Below, piece after piece: positions 39,904-52,265 of a DNA stretch of 64,000 nt. Below the pieces are notes generated by a model, which ran no database searches, was not told where the DNA came from, and was given only the letters and a program-made list of their open reading frames with translations. Each line of letters opens with the position of its first letter. Positions within the stretch are counted from its first letter, which is position 1. Source of the stretch: Hydrolagus colliei. Its lineage: Eukaryota. Location of the stretch: contig CM068757.1 of the NCBI GenBank assembly GCA_035084275.1, positions 7,688,001-7,752,000 of the forward strand, written 5' to 3'. The translations under genes and the position numbers were made by a program.

Positions 39904-40044
39904 ATTCTGGATGAAGTGGAAAGAAGACGTGGAATTTCTGCTGCCCTGGTCTATCCATTCATGAGGAGCCTCATGGAGTCTCCCTTCCCAGCCCCGGGAA
40001 GGACAATACGAGTCAAGACCTTTCTTCCAGGAGCTGGGAATGAG
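39904..40044 (+). CDS. DENND2B: DENND2B coding exon (ILDEVERRRGISAALVYPF...GAGNE)
   Basis: gaccag|ATT ... GAG|gtgagg; 141 nt, phase 0-0. Confidence 0.96.
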
Positions 40045-40054
40045 GTGAGGATGA

Positions 40055-40177
40055 CTGCAGACACTAGAAATCTGAAATAAAAACATAACTTGCTGGGAAC
40101 ACGCAGTAGGTTAGGAAGCATCTATGGAGAGAGGCAAATGAGTTTAACGTTTCAGGTCCATGACCTTATGTCAGAAT
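40055..40177. mobile_element. Single-arm copy of the same palindromic family, with a degenerate hammerhead core
   Basis: Similar to 43759-43854; the minus strand reads CUGACAUA-AGGUC-AUG-GACCU-GAAACGUU. Confidence 0.7.
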
Positions 40178-41099
40178 GTAGGTACGTTCATTCCAATGGA
40201 CCAGTTTACAAGCTTCTGACTCTTCACCTGCAAATGTGCATTTGAAAATGTTATTTAAAATCATTAAATGTATTGTACTAAACCATCTCCAGAAGATGAG
40301 CATTGAGCTCTATGCAAAACTAAATTACATGCATGAAATAAACAAAGTATACAGTTGTGGAGCTGGAAACACACATTTAATCGGAGCTGTGCAGGATAAT
40401 GGATGTCTGGCAGTGCCTTTTAAAGTCTTAATCCATCCAAGCTGTTCCACTGAGATCACAAACCACAAAAAGTAAAGTTCGAGAAACTTAAACCGTGACT
40501 TTTAAGTCAGCAAATCCATGAGTTGAAATCATTGTCTTAAACTCGCTGTTTCAGTTATTCTTTACAAATACAGTATATAGGTTTTAAACGTTTTCTTTAA
40601 TAAACTTTTTTTTAACAATTATTTGTCGATAGTGCTGAGCATGACCAGGGGAACTAAGAGATAAGCGTGGAACATATCAAAAGTTTCCATATATCTTCAA
40701 TACAGTCAATTGACTTTACAGTATATTTTGTGAAGCGCATACTGCAGTAATGTCTTTTCTGTGGCAGATCATGGACTTTGGCATCACTAGATATTGAATC
40801 AAAGCCTGTGTCCCAATGTCTCATGTACCAATAACATTTCCAAAAGACATCGCAGAAAGGATAAAAAAAACTGTTCCAATTTGACCCGTCAAGATATCAT
40901 TCCTACAGGTTCATGTTCACTAGATGTCATTAACAAGTGTGGTGAATAATAATGATAGTTGAATACTGTATAAGGCCTACCAATGTCCTATAGCAATAGG
41001 TTGGAACCATATGTGATTAAGCACTCCAACTCTGTTATCGCTGCCAGGACGCTAGCCTGTGTGAAGGGCTCGGTATAAATGTTGTTATTGTTACTGCAG

Positions 41100-41248
41100 G
41101 TTATTGAGCTGCGACGTCCCATGGACTCTCGGTTGGAGCACGTGGACTTTGATTGTCTCTTCAGTTGCCTCAGCGTCCGGCAGGTCATCAGGATCTTTGC
41201 TTCTCTACTGCTTGAGCGACGAGTGATATTCATCGCAGACAAACTGAG
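41100..41248 (+). CDS. DENND2B: DENND2B coding exon, cDENN (VIELRRPMDSRLEHVDF...LLERRVIFIADKL)
   Basis: ttactgcag|GTT ... CTGAG|gtaaca. Confidence 0.96.
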
Positions 41249-43758
41249 GTAACAGAAAGTGCCCGCATTTATTTACGTTGACTAGGCACTGGGGAGCTCT
41301 TTGTGGGACACTGGTTGTGTGCAATTGTGCTGCCGTGTTTCACAGTCACCGCATTTGTGAAATGCTTTGAGACGTCCTTCTGACGAGCTGCAGCCAATGC
41401 AAGGATTATTATCATATTATCGATTACCTTTGCAGCTTGCTCCCTGTTTGTCCCTTTTAACCCAAAGAAAGAAGAAGACCCCAGCTTTAACCCAGCTTTC
41501 TCTGCCAAAGTGGGACCTGTGTCAGTACAGTATTCTCACCCCGTAGGAAACAAATGTTTACTCAAAGATTGTACATCCACAAAATACCATTTGGACGGAT
41601 AGGAAGTTGCTAAAACCGTAGAGCTGCAGTGATTCTGCTCGTTAAGGTTTTTGTTGTGTATCTACTGCAATAACTTTGGAAAACCCAGCATCATTTTCTG
41701 TGTCGTTGCTCTTCTGCTCTTAGCAAGAGAACGACAAACAGTTTCAAAGTGATATGAAAAGAATGCAAGATATTTTGCCGACACAGCCACAAATAGCTGC
41801 TGTTAGTCCAAGGAGGAAATTAAAAATGGTTTATGAGGGCAAGATGCTACAGTGCACATGCAAGGTAATGAGGCACTGCCAGTAAATCTTTAACCCTCTT
41901 TATAAGAAAGCATGGAATGGGAAAATATTTTATAGGGCCATTTGGTCGTCTCCTTCACTGCCCAGTCAAACCTGGCCCATCATGGACTTCACACTCCCTT
42001 TCAACCTCAATGTGAAACCGTAATCAAGAATCCAAAAAACTGATCAAGAATGGAACAAAGCCCCCTCTTCCTCCTCCCCCCACCCCACAACCTGAGGTGT
42101 GAGCCCCAGAAGAGATTTAAGAGAGACAACCTTGTGGGAAGTGTCTTTATTTTCAAGTGAATATCTGCTTTGCTTTGAACATTGAGAAAAAAAAAGCTGT
42201 GATCCCTTTTAAAGCATTATTTCCCCCACTCTCCTGCCCCCACATACCACCCAATCAACTAAACAACCAACCAGATCTATGTCGAGGCCCCTTCAGTCCT
42301 ATAAAACTTGTTAACAAATTTGTCCTCAAACTTCATTTGATTCCGATTTCAGTAATTACACAGGATGGAGGCATCTGGAGCACATTAAGCAAACATTTTA
42401 CCTTTGGACACAAATTTTGGAGTAATATTTGATAATTTTTCTTTCTACTGCTCTTACTTTTTAACCAGTCCCTCTCACTCAACCAACACACACACATACC
42501 TTCCTGCCTCAACCTTGGTCCAGGGAGGAAAAACTGCAACCGGTTTAGCTTTCTGAAAGCTAAATACAAGGAGGAGGAATTGATATGATAGTGAATTTGC
42601 AAGCCGGTTTCTATTTCTAATAAAAATGATTCAATTCTGCAATTAAAATAATGACATATAATAATCCTGGCATTTGATAATGATAATAATCCTTGCATTT
42701 GATCACGTCTTCTAGATGTCTCAAAGCACTTCACAGAATATACTGTAAAGTGAATTGAAGCACCTTATCACATCTTTGAGACATCTCAAAGCGCTTCACG
42801 GAATATAATGACAAATTTATGGTAACTATAGTGGTAACACACTTGTTTTGGCACAGCTCACATTTCTCCTGTGTCCTGTGTAATTACATCTGTCCTGTGT
42901 AATTACAGTTTTAGTACAATCTTGAGTCCTGCTCAAACTCACAAAAGTGTTTTCAACCATCCTACCTCCCACTGAAATACAGAATAGCTCAAGACACACC
43001 AAGTATTTGGCATTGTTTCTGAAAATAATTTGTTTAGCCTGCTTATCTGGAAAGGCTGGGTTTAAACAGAACTCTTGTCTGTTGTTCATTCCCCCCCCTT
43101 TCTATCCCCCCATCTTCTTCCCCTCCTCCTCTTCCCCCTCTCTTCCCCCCTCCTCTTTCCACTCCCCCTGTCCTGACCCAAGCCATGATGGCAATATTCA
43201 TATACAATCCAACCAGAAACAGATGCAACCCTTTATACAAACAGCACTGCGAGAGTGCAAACAGCTGAGTTTGTGATACACATTGTTAGCTGTGGCCTGA
43301 GTTACCACTCTGATGCTTAGTTGTTTGAGAAGGCACAGGGTTAAAAATAAGGAGCAGGGAAAATAAGGTTTGGGCAGAAACAGAACGTAAATCTTTCTAA
43401 GACTACCTGGCGGAAATAGAAATTGTTGAATTAAAATGATCCCATTTTGACCTCTTCACCTCCTCAAACTGTAAGCTTAGGGATAAACCTGGAAATGCAT
43501 CACTTGTGTCCTCTCTTAGCTATCTAGAGATTAGATAATAGGACATTGTCGGTGTGGTGGAGAAAATATATCAAAAACAATAGAGCCTAGTAGTGTGGTG
43601 GGGTTGGGGGAGTGGGGCGGGGGTAGAGAGAGAGAGATTATTCAGCTCTGGTCTGTGTGGCGGCAAAATAAGTTCTAAACTGAGAACTTATAAACTTATA
43701 AAAAGCCTACACAATGGAAACCTTGCCACTCTCCAAATGAGAATACAATCACAATTGG

Positions 43759-43973
43759 CAGAAATCACTGGGAACACTCAGCAGGTCAGGCAGCATCTAT
43801 GGAGAAAGGAAAAGTGAGTCAACGTTTCGGGTCCACGACCCTTCGTCAGAACCCAACATTGGACCCGAAACGTTGACTCACTTTTCCTTTCTCCTTAGAT
43901 GCTGCCTGACCTGCTGAGTGTTCCCAGCGATTTCTGTTTTTGTTTCCGATTTCCAGCATCTGCTATATTTTGC
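43759..43973. mobile_element. Palindromic repeat, probably a Penelope-like element terminus, carrying a hammerhead motif
   Basis: Inverted arms 43759-43835 and 43860-43936 with 2 mismatches; related copies at 109-238 and 40055-40177. Confidence 0.75.
43816..43854 (-). ncRNA. Minimal type I hammerhead ribozyme motif
   Basis: Minus strand: GGGUU-CUGACGA-A-GGGUC-GUG-GACCC-GAAA-CG-UU-GACUC (core, stem II, palindromic stem III, stem I). Confidence 0.65.
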
Positions 43974-46455
43974 AATTTGAGAATGCATTGGGTCAGGTTG
44001 AGAAGGTCAGATCCACAAAGCCACTGGCAAATCTCCAAAACCCCATGAAATTGATTTGGATGTTTATGAAGTCTTTGGAAGCTTTATCTTTTTTTTCCTG
44101 ATGCTATGCTTGGCTCTCAAAGTGCTGAATAGATCATTGCAGAAGCTACTTGCATCAACATGTAGCAATGCATTTGATCTCTGGTATTGTATGAATCAAA
44201 TGGGTTTGGAGGATGTGGGAGAAGTATAGACTTGCAACAATAGTGAATTAGTATGTTTCATTCTCATTACAACATGTTTTCCAGGATCTATTCATTTCAA
44301 AAGAAATGAACCATGCGTACATCCTAATAGCATTCTTTGCTGCTCCTTTTAACCCTGCCGATCCCAGTTCCATGTATTTTCGACCTTCACGGAAGATTAT
44401 TATTAAAAAACATATGATTTAGGGTCCGATTCAATGTGGAAGTATTGAAATCACTTTGGGAGCCCTGGTTCAGAGATAATGGTAGAATTATGAAGTGTTT
44501 CCATTCAGGTTACGGAATCAGACAGGTTCTAGACAAGACTCTGTGGTATTACTCAGAATGTTTTTAAGCACAAAGTCCCCAATTGTATAAGCAATGATCT
44601 GCTCCAGCAGAATCTCCCTTTCCACAACATTCCTCGGTGTTTCAAATTCATTCTTGTGCTCAACAAGGTAATGGCTATGATTTCAGTGCCAGTATCACAT
44701 AATCACATAGCAAACATCACACGACCAAGAGCTTATTCACTTAGCTGAACAATGGGTAGCGGCCCAACTATAGAAAAATTCCCCAAACTGCTGCGTTCCC
44801 ACAACACTTGAACGTGGACTGAAATTCTGGTCGGAGTTACCTTTTAGCACCTTTGGTGACAGCTGCTGCTTATGGGATTTCCCCTGTGGAATTGTTGGAA
44901 GATGCTAGACTGAAATTTCTGCCAACCTGTGGTCTTTCTGAGTGAGGTTAATTCAGGCTGTTTCATGCTGCCAACCCACACTTACCTGAAAACTGAAATT
45001 AAACTGTGGGACCTTTAAAGGGAAGAAGGGACAGTTTACCAACGTGCTACCCCACATTCCAGCTACCTGTTTCATTCCTTCTGTCTTAATCTGTGAATGT
45101 ATTTTAGATGACGTTTTCTTGAAAGAGTGAGTGCCAACGAATGTGCAACGATGTAGATATTGTCTCATCTTATAGTTTGTGAAGGTGCAGGGAATTACAA
45201 GGTTCTTATAACTTATAACTGTATCAACTGTTTGAAGGAGCTGTCAAGCTCTCCCACTCTTACCCCCAAATTTGCCCTGCAAGTTGTTCCTTTTTATGCA
45301 CCTCTCCAATTCACAGTATCCCAATAGCAAATTTCTTAAGAAAAATAGTCAGTTTCCATGGAATTCTCAATTGGATTCTGTACTTTTTGTTTAATTAAAT
45401 GCAGTGCAAACCTGTCTGGCAATCGGCTATTACTCCCTGTGAAAGTGCCGCAAAACACAGCCTGGATTGCTCCAAGCCAGTGGTGAACCAGGTCTGAGCT
45501 TGAAGCTACACGATGAGGAAAATCACATTTTGTGTTCTGCAGGCTGTTAACAATGTTAAAATTGAATAAGAAAATATATTTGCCAAGCTTAAAGAGCAAA
45601 TGAAAGGAAACTGGATATTAATAATAAAAAAGAACCTTTGTCTGAATGAATGCTTCTTTGTTCTGGCATGTTATTGAAAGGATAATGAGTGCTACAGATG
45701 AGAATGTATATGTGTGTGTGGGGATGGGTGAGGGTGGAGTTATAGATTAGGACGAGTAAATCACATTATATTTATTTACCTTTTTGAACAGATTTTTGGG
45801 ATGTCCCAGAGTACAAACTTTCCAATGAAAGTTGATCGTGAGGATTTGTGCTTTACTAATATAAGCTTTTCAGTGAAAGTCTTTTACAGTGAAAGTCTGT
45901 GTGTAATAATCTTGGTAACAACATGAGCTTTGTAATGAGAGAAAATTGATGGTCAGCATCTGTATACATCAAGATAAGATTTGAAATTAGAATGTTTAAA
46001 ATGAGGATCTATGTTTAATTTTTTTAAATGCTCATATACATTCCCATGGTGAATAAATAAGAGCTTTCTTAGGACTATAATTTGAAAACCTAAAGGGAGA
46101 TTTTACAATGATTATTTACCCAATGTGATTTTATATGATTTTGGCTTCCTAATCTCACAGCAGCAGCATCAGTAATTTACCAGACAGCAGAGAATAAAAC
46201 AAGTCGAGGTCAATCATTTACTGATCATCAGAGAGTCATCCATCCAGGGTGTTTGTTCTCAATCTCTACAGAAGCCCTGTGATGGGGTAGATTGTTATGT
46301 GAGGCAAGTTTTCAGTTCACGAAACAAGGTGCAATCCCGCCTGTTACAACTTCATATTTTAGTTTTGACTAAAAACTGGGTACAAATTAAATCTTGTCAC
46401 CAAGTAGCATTTCTCCCTTTGATACACTGAAAAATATTTGACGTCTACAAGATGT

Positions 46456-46766
46456 GAAGTCCTGTAGCTCAGTGGTTAGAGCACTCGCTTTACAAGCGTG
46501 AGACCATGTTCCGAATCCAGGCAGGTCAGGGTAAAACCTTGGGCAATTTTCCTTACGCCTAATAATAATCCGTCCAAAGAAAAACTAGAATAAATTGATC
46601 ATTTCAATCCATGACTGTTCGTGGGACACTGCTGTGCGCAATTGGCTGCCGCGTTTCGCCTGCAGATATACAGTTAGCTCACTTTACAAAGTACATTCTG
46701 TGAAGCGCATTGAGACGTCTAGAAGACGTGAAAAGCGCTACATCAAAAATGCAAAGATTATTATTA
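46456..46766 (+). mobile_element. tRNA-derived SINE, same family
   Basis: cctgtagctcagtggttagagcac...gttccgaatccaggcag head, same body and tail. Confidence 0.88.
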
Positions 46767-48607
46767 GATAAGATTACCTGTTGTTTTGCCCAACTGACAA
46801 GCATTTTAAATTCAGAGACGAAGTATAGCATTTAAGATTTGATTTAGCCTTATTTCCTGGGTTGAGGTTTTGGACAGCTCTGACATTCTGTCACACACAC
46901 GTGTAGTAAGCGGTGGCCAAATGTTTGATCAATGACATCCTGCTTTCCTTGTGGTAAACCACAGTTTTGCTGTCAATTGATTGCATAATATCAAATACTG
47001 TGTATTGGATTATCACCAACAGTGCTCAGTGACATGGACAACGTGTAGGTTCTTACATTGAGGCTGTTACAAAAGGGCAACCAGATTGGTGAGCAACTGG
47101 ATTGCTCGTCACCTGAGTTATGAGGAGAGATTGTGGGAAAATTCAGACGAAGGAAGGCTTGACAAATATGCTGTTGAAGTCACTCAATTCATGACTGTTT
47201 GTGGAACACTGTTGTGTGCAATTGGCTGCCATGTTTCCCGCACAACAACAAAATTACACTTGTATAGGCGCTGAAAATTCAAAATACACAGTCGATTCAC
47301 TTTACAATAAATTTTGTGAAGCTCTTTGTGATGTCTCAATGACATGGCTATATCAAATGCAAAGATCATTTATTTGTTTATTTCCATCATCAACAAACAC
47401 AGAAACATTGTTTTCTAATACATTATTGCCCTTTTACAATGCTGTAATATAGGTTTGATATTTCATATCATTCATACCATTCAACGGTTCCCTCAACAAT
47501 GATATTTTCACCGTCTCAAATCGACCTGATCACTTTTTAAACACCATTTGTAGCTCGAAAGCAGAACTTGTAAAGGAGGTTGAATGGCAATTCAGGGTTA
47601 ATTCCTGTTAAAGTGTTAAGTGAGTGCTGTAAGGCTCTGTAATTTACCAAGAAATCATAAATTTACAAGATTGAAAAGTTGCGCAAACCAGCTGCTGTTT
47701 ACAGAAAGGCTGGTATGGGACCAGTGAATGCTACCACCTGCTGGAGGTGCAGAGGAGAGGCGGGTTTCGGTGCGCGGGTAAATCAAGTTTATTTCTGGCC
47801 AGGGTTACAGTGCTGAATCCTAATTATTGTGACCTTAAGTTGAAAGTGCTCGTCACGTTCCTTCATTCTCCCATTTGAAAAGAATTTAATTTCAGTGGTT
47901 AGAGTCTGCTTTCATCATAATTACAAGCATATGATTATTTTGGCTGCAAATTTAATTCTTAAAAACAAAGGCCCTGGAAGGATTTGATCCTCATTATGCA
48001 GCCTGATCATTGGTGACAAGTAAAATGAGGCTCTCAGACACATCCTCCATGATTGGAGTAAAACACTTTCAGATTCCCAACCCGACAACTGGCCAGACCT
48101 CCATGCGAGTGTTTGTTATTTCAGGAACACTCATTAAAATGCTTTTGGGGTATGTTTTCCTTAAGAGTTTTTACAATAGAAATGATCTCGGAAAGTATCC
48201 ACAGTTTTGTACCACTTCTTTGGGGCGCTGTTGGCTTCTGGATTTTACTTTGCTTTAGTGCCTTGGGACCTTTCTGTGCTTCGTGGACAAAAAGGGTATT
48301 CCAGGACCAAAGCCACATTAACCAAAGGAGAGATTCTAGAGGACGTTTTTCTGGTTAATTTCCCTTTTCGGCTTACGTTTCGGTGACGTTCAGATACTGG
48401 ACGTACATGCTTGCTTGGGCACTGAGTATTTGAACTGTGCGTTTCAGTCAAGTGGCAGGTGGAGGAGTATTGCCTATTAGATGCCGTGTTGCCCATTGAT
48501 AAAGGATGTTTCACGTAGAATGGTTATATGGCCGCATTAGATGTCATGTTAACTGTACTCAACAATGGGATTAATTGTGTGCCATTGTCATGTGTCTTCC
48601 CACGCAG

Positions 48608-48785
48608 CACTTTGTCCAGCTGTGCCCATGCTGTGGTGGCCTTGCTCTATCCCTTCTCCTGGCAGCACACCTTCATTCCAGTGCTGCCCTCCTCCATGAT
48701 CGACATTGTCTGCTGCCCCACGCCTTTCCTCGTGGGCCTGCTCTCCAGCTCGCTGCCCAAACTCAAAGAGCTTCCGGTGGAAGAG
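48608..48785 (+). CDS. DENND2B: DENND2B coding exon, cDENN (STLSSCAHAVVALLYPFSWQHTFIPVLP...PTPFLVG...VEE)
   Basis: cccacgcag|C ... GAG|gtaaga; contains DENN LLYPFxWQHxxIPVLP and PTPFLVG motifs. Confidence 0.97.
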
Positions 48786-49582
48786 GTAAGAGAGGCTTTC
48801 CCGTAGTAAAGAGGTGGACTCTCTCCATCCCTCCATAACCCCACAACTCTACATGTCAGAAACAGTGCCATCCTCAACTCAGCTTCCTCTTCAGCAATGT
48901 GCCAATAGTGCAGTTTGTCTCATTGAGCCTATCCCTGTGCAGGCTCCTCTACCTAACCATCGAATCCCTGTTCTTTCTTTGTGCTCTTTGTATGCATCTG
49001 TGTGAAACTCAATGAGATGTCCTTCAAAATGTGATTAGCGCTTGTATAAATCTAAATTGTTGCTGTTGGATATCTTTCCCCTTAAATTATTTAGCCAGCA
49101 CCTTTTAAACACTATTACAAAGGTACATTTATACTGTATTATATAGTTGGCTAAGTCAAACTAGCCCGTGTGAGCGGTGAAAAACATTCGGATCATAGCT
49201 AACACGATTCATTGAAACACCAACTTAACAATAGGCTTGCTGCAGTGCTCAGTGAGAACCCATTAGATGGAGTAACAGAGCACAATGGATAACAGGGCAC
49301 AGTCTTTACTGAAATGGACAGTACGTACATTTCCGTGACTTGCAATTTTTTTGGGGGAAAAAGCCCCCTACTCTCATTTCACACAACTCCACCTGCACAA
49401 GTCTCTTGTGACATTGAACAATTAACGGCTCATTTATTCCAAATTCCAAGACGAGAAGCGGCAATCAATCAGCCTCTGGTCTTGGCAGAGAGGCGAGGTA
49501 TTTAATACTTAGGTATTTAACCCTGTGTGGGAGTTGTGCAGAAACGCCTGGTGATTTTTACTGTGCAATTCTGTCCGGACAG

Positions 49583-49624
49583 GCACTGATGGTCGATCTC
49601 GGAGCCGATCGCTTCCTGAGGCAG
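49583..49624 (+). CDS. DENND2B: DENND2B 42-nt coding exon (ALMVDLGADRFLRQ)
   Basis: ggacag|GCA ... CAG|gtaaga. Confidence 0.94.
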
Positions 49625-50241
49625 GTAAGAACCTCAACACGGAGGCGGCTGCGCGTGTACAGTGTACATCACTCCGAATGCAAGCGGGTAAATATTGACA
49701 AGACGTTTGACCTCTCTTCATTTTTTGGGGAAACAATTTTTCCTCCTCCTGAAAAGGGCTTCACTGTTTTTATATCTAATGGGTTCGTATTCCACGGACA
49801 CCATTCGCTGTCTGGCACCTGGCCGACACTGACTTTATTCATGCGCGAACGTTGGCGGTGAGCGCTGGTAGGTGGTGGTGATGGTGGTGCACACTAAAGC
49901 AGCCTCATCTGACATACACACACCCACCCACACACACAGCATCAAACAGTGGGTCTGGAGAGCAATCATGAGCAATCGTCTGACTGGTTTTCCTCTCCCT
50001 AAACCTGGGAAGGCTGAGGCCAATTGTAGCCCCCTTCTCTCCCCAAATAGTCTGCACAATTTGGATTATTACACCATGGATCTGTACAGAAGGAAGCTCT
50101 GTCCTTTCCCATGAGGGCACAACCTCTTTCAGGGGAAACACAAGACGGGTTGTATGCAAATTGTCCGTGTATTTGCGGGGTCAACGGAAAGGATTGCCGT
50201 ATGTCTGGAACGCGTATTATATTTATCTTGTGATTGTTTAG

Positions 50242-50353
50242 ATGGATGATGAGGACTCCTTGTTGCCACGGAAACTACAGGCAGCTCTGGAGCAGGCTCT
50301 AGAGCAAAAGAACGAGTTGGCAAACCAGGATTCAGACAGTGAATCCGATGATG
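50242..50353 (+). CDS. DENND2B: DENND2B coding exon (MDDEDSLLPRKLQAALEQ...SDD)
   Basis: tgtttag|ATG ... GATG|gtgagg. Confidence 0.96.
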
Positions 50354-50951
50354 GTGAGGAATTTATTCGAATGCTTCTGTTGTCAAACACATTAACAAAA
50401 CGTCAACCCCCTCAAAAACTTGACTACCTTTCAATGTGAGACAGAGCTTGTTTAAATCATGGGTGAGCGCTTTGAATGGGGATTCGACACTGGAACAAAA
50501 TTCAGAAATTCAGGGTGACAGGAAAAACAGCCCAATGAGTTCATCACAAAATAATATTATTTCCTTAATCCTTTTAAAATTTCCATCAACCCATTGGAAC
50601 TCCACCTCGGATTGTTTCAGATCAGAGGATCAGTGTGCCATCCTTGGATTTTATAGAGTGCCTTATCATGCGTTGAAGCACTTCACAGAATAAATACACT
50701 GTAAAACGACTTTGGGGAATAGAAGGAATTTTTACAATAATTATTTCAAATTATTATCAACAAGATGCGGGAAACGCTTTTGCGTTGGCAGAGGTCAATC
50801 CCGTATGCTCCAGGGTTTCTGAATAACCAGAGATGTTCCCGGGCAAGCAAGAGATGGATGGGCCAGAATGCTATACAAATGCAACAAACTATATTATTGT
50901 ACTCAAATGTTTCCGAAATGGTTTCTTGAATTTTCTGTTGAATTTGTGCAG

Positions 50952-51191
50952 AGTCCAACACCATGAATAACCTGGTGTCCGAAGCTTTCATTCGCTTCTT
51001 TGTGGAAACCATTGGCCACTACTCCCTGTTCCTGACCCAAAACGAGAGGAGCGAGCGGATGTTCCAAAGGGAAGCTTTCCGCAAGTCAGTGGCTTCCAAG
51101 AGCATCAGGCGCTTCCTCGAGGTCTTCATGGAGTCGCAGATGTTTGCTGGGTTCATACAAGACAGGGAACTACGGAAGTGCAGAGCAAAAG
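50952..51191 (+). CDS. DENND2B: DENND2B coding exon, dDENN (ESNTMNNLVSEAFIRFF...ESQMFAGFIQDRELRKCRAK)
   Basis: ttgtgcag|AG ... AAAG|gtacag; 240 nt, phase 1-1. Confidence 0.97.
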
Positions 51192-51551
51192 GTACAGCTA
51201 AAGCAGTCAGTATATGTATGGCCTTGTGTGTCAGACTTGTGTCATCAAAAAGGTTCCAGGGAGTGAATAAGGAGAGTAGATCAGATTGGGTGGCTCATGG
51301 GGAGGAAAACCTACTCAAAGGGCTGTTTCTGTGTTGTACCCTTCAATGATTCTATCACAATACACTTGAGCATTCGTTATTCACGAGAACCTTAAACCAG
51401 CTACCATTGCTTCCCATGGTTGTACTGGGAAGAACAGGATCAGGCTCAGCCATGATGCCACCTTGTGGTCAAACACCATGCCATCGGTTACAGTCACAGG
51501 TGAACGAAGTTGTAACCCAGTGAAATATAAAATGATTTGGAACACCTACAA

Positions 51552-51930
51552 GGAACATAGGAACAGGAGTAGGCATTCTGCCTCTCGAGCCTACACCATC
51601 ATTCTATTAGATTATGGCTGATCGGTACCTGACCTCCATTTACCTGCATTTGCTCCATATCCCCTGGTACCCTTAGCTAACAAAACTCCCGGCTTCAGTT
51701 TTGAAAATTTAAATTGATCCAGCATCCACAGCCTTTTTTTGTGACGGGGAGTGGGGGGAACCAGAGGAAGAGTTCCAGATTTCCACTACCCTTTGTGTGA
51801 ACAAGTGCTTTCTGATTTCACTCCTAAATGGCCAAGCTCTAATTTTAAGGTTATACCCCCCATGTCCCCACCAGAGGAAATAGGTTCTCTATTTCTCTTA
51901 TCAAATCCCTTTATCGTTTGAAACACCTGA
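51552..51930 (-). mobile_element. CR1-like LINE 3' fragment
   Basis: ggaacataggaacaggagtaggc...agattatggctgatc...ccagcatccacagcc...gagttccagatttccactaccctttgtgtgaa. Confidence 0.75.
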
Positions 51931-52178
51931 ATTGTAAGGAGATGGAAGCTAATATTGACCAGACACAAGAAAAAGCTTTGTTGCTGTGCACTCACTGCTT
52001 TATTGCTGAGATACTACCCTATAATAGGGTGTTATATAACTGCAAGTTGTTGCTATTTCAGGTGATGATTCAAGGACTTTTTAAAGCCAGTTCCTTGGGA
52101 AGCAGAAGTTTTAGAAAGTTTTGGCATTGGAGTTCAAAGCTGCAACTTGTTTCTCACCAGATTTCTGCTTCTCCTTAG

Positions 52179-52265
52179 GTTTGTTCGAGCAGAGGGTTGA
52201 GCAGTACTTGGAGGAGCTGCCAGATACAGAACAGAGCGGAGTCAACAAATTCCTTAAAGGTCTTG
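52179..52265 (+). CDS. DENND2B: DENND2B coding exon (GLFEQRVEQYLEELPDTEQSGVNKFLKGL)
   Basis: ctccttag|GT ... CTTG|gtgagt. Confidence 0.96.

Noticed and set aside
46458-46530. tRNA-like sequences (also at 35833, 58969, 60032 and 63040-63115)
   Set aside because: They lack a proper acceptor stem and T terminator, and each continues into the same body and L2-type tail, so they are SINE heads rather than tRNA genes.
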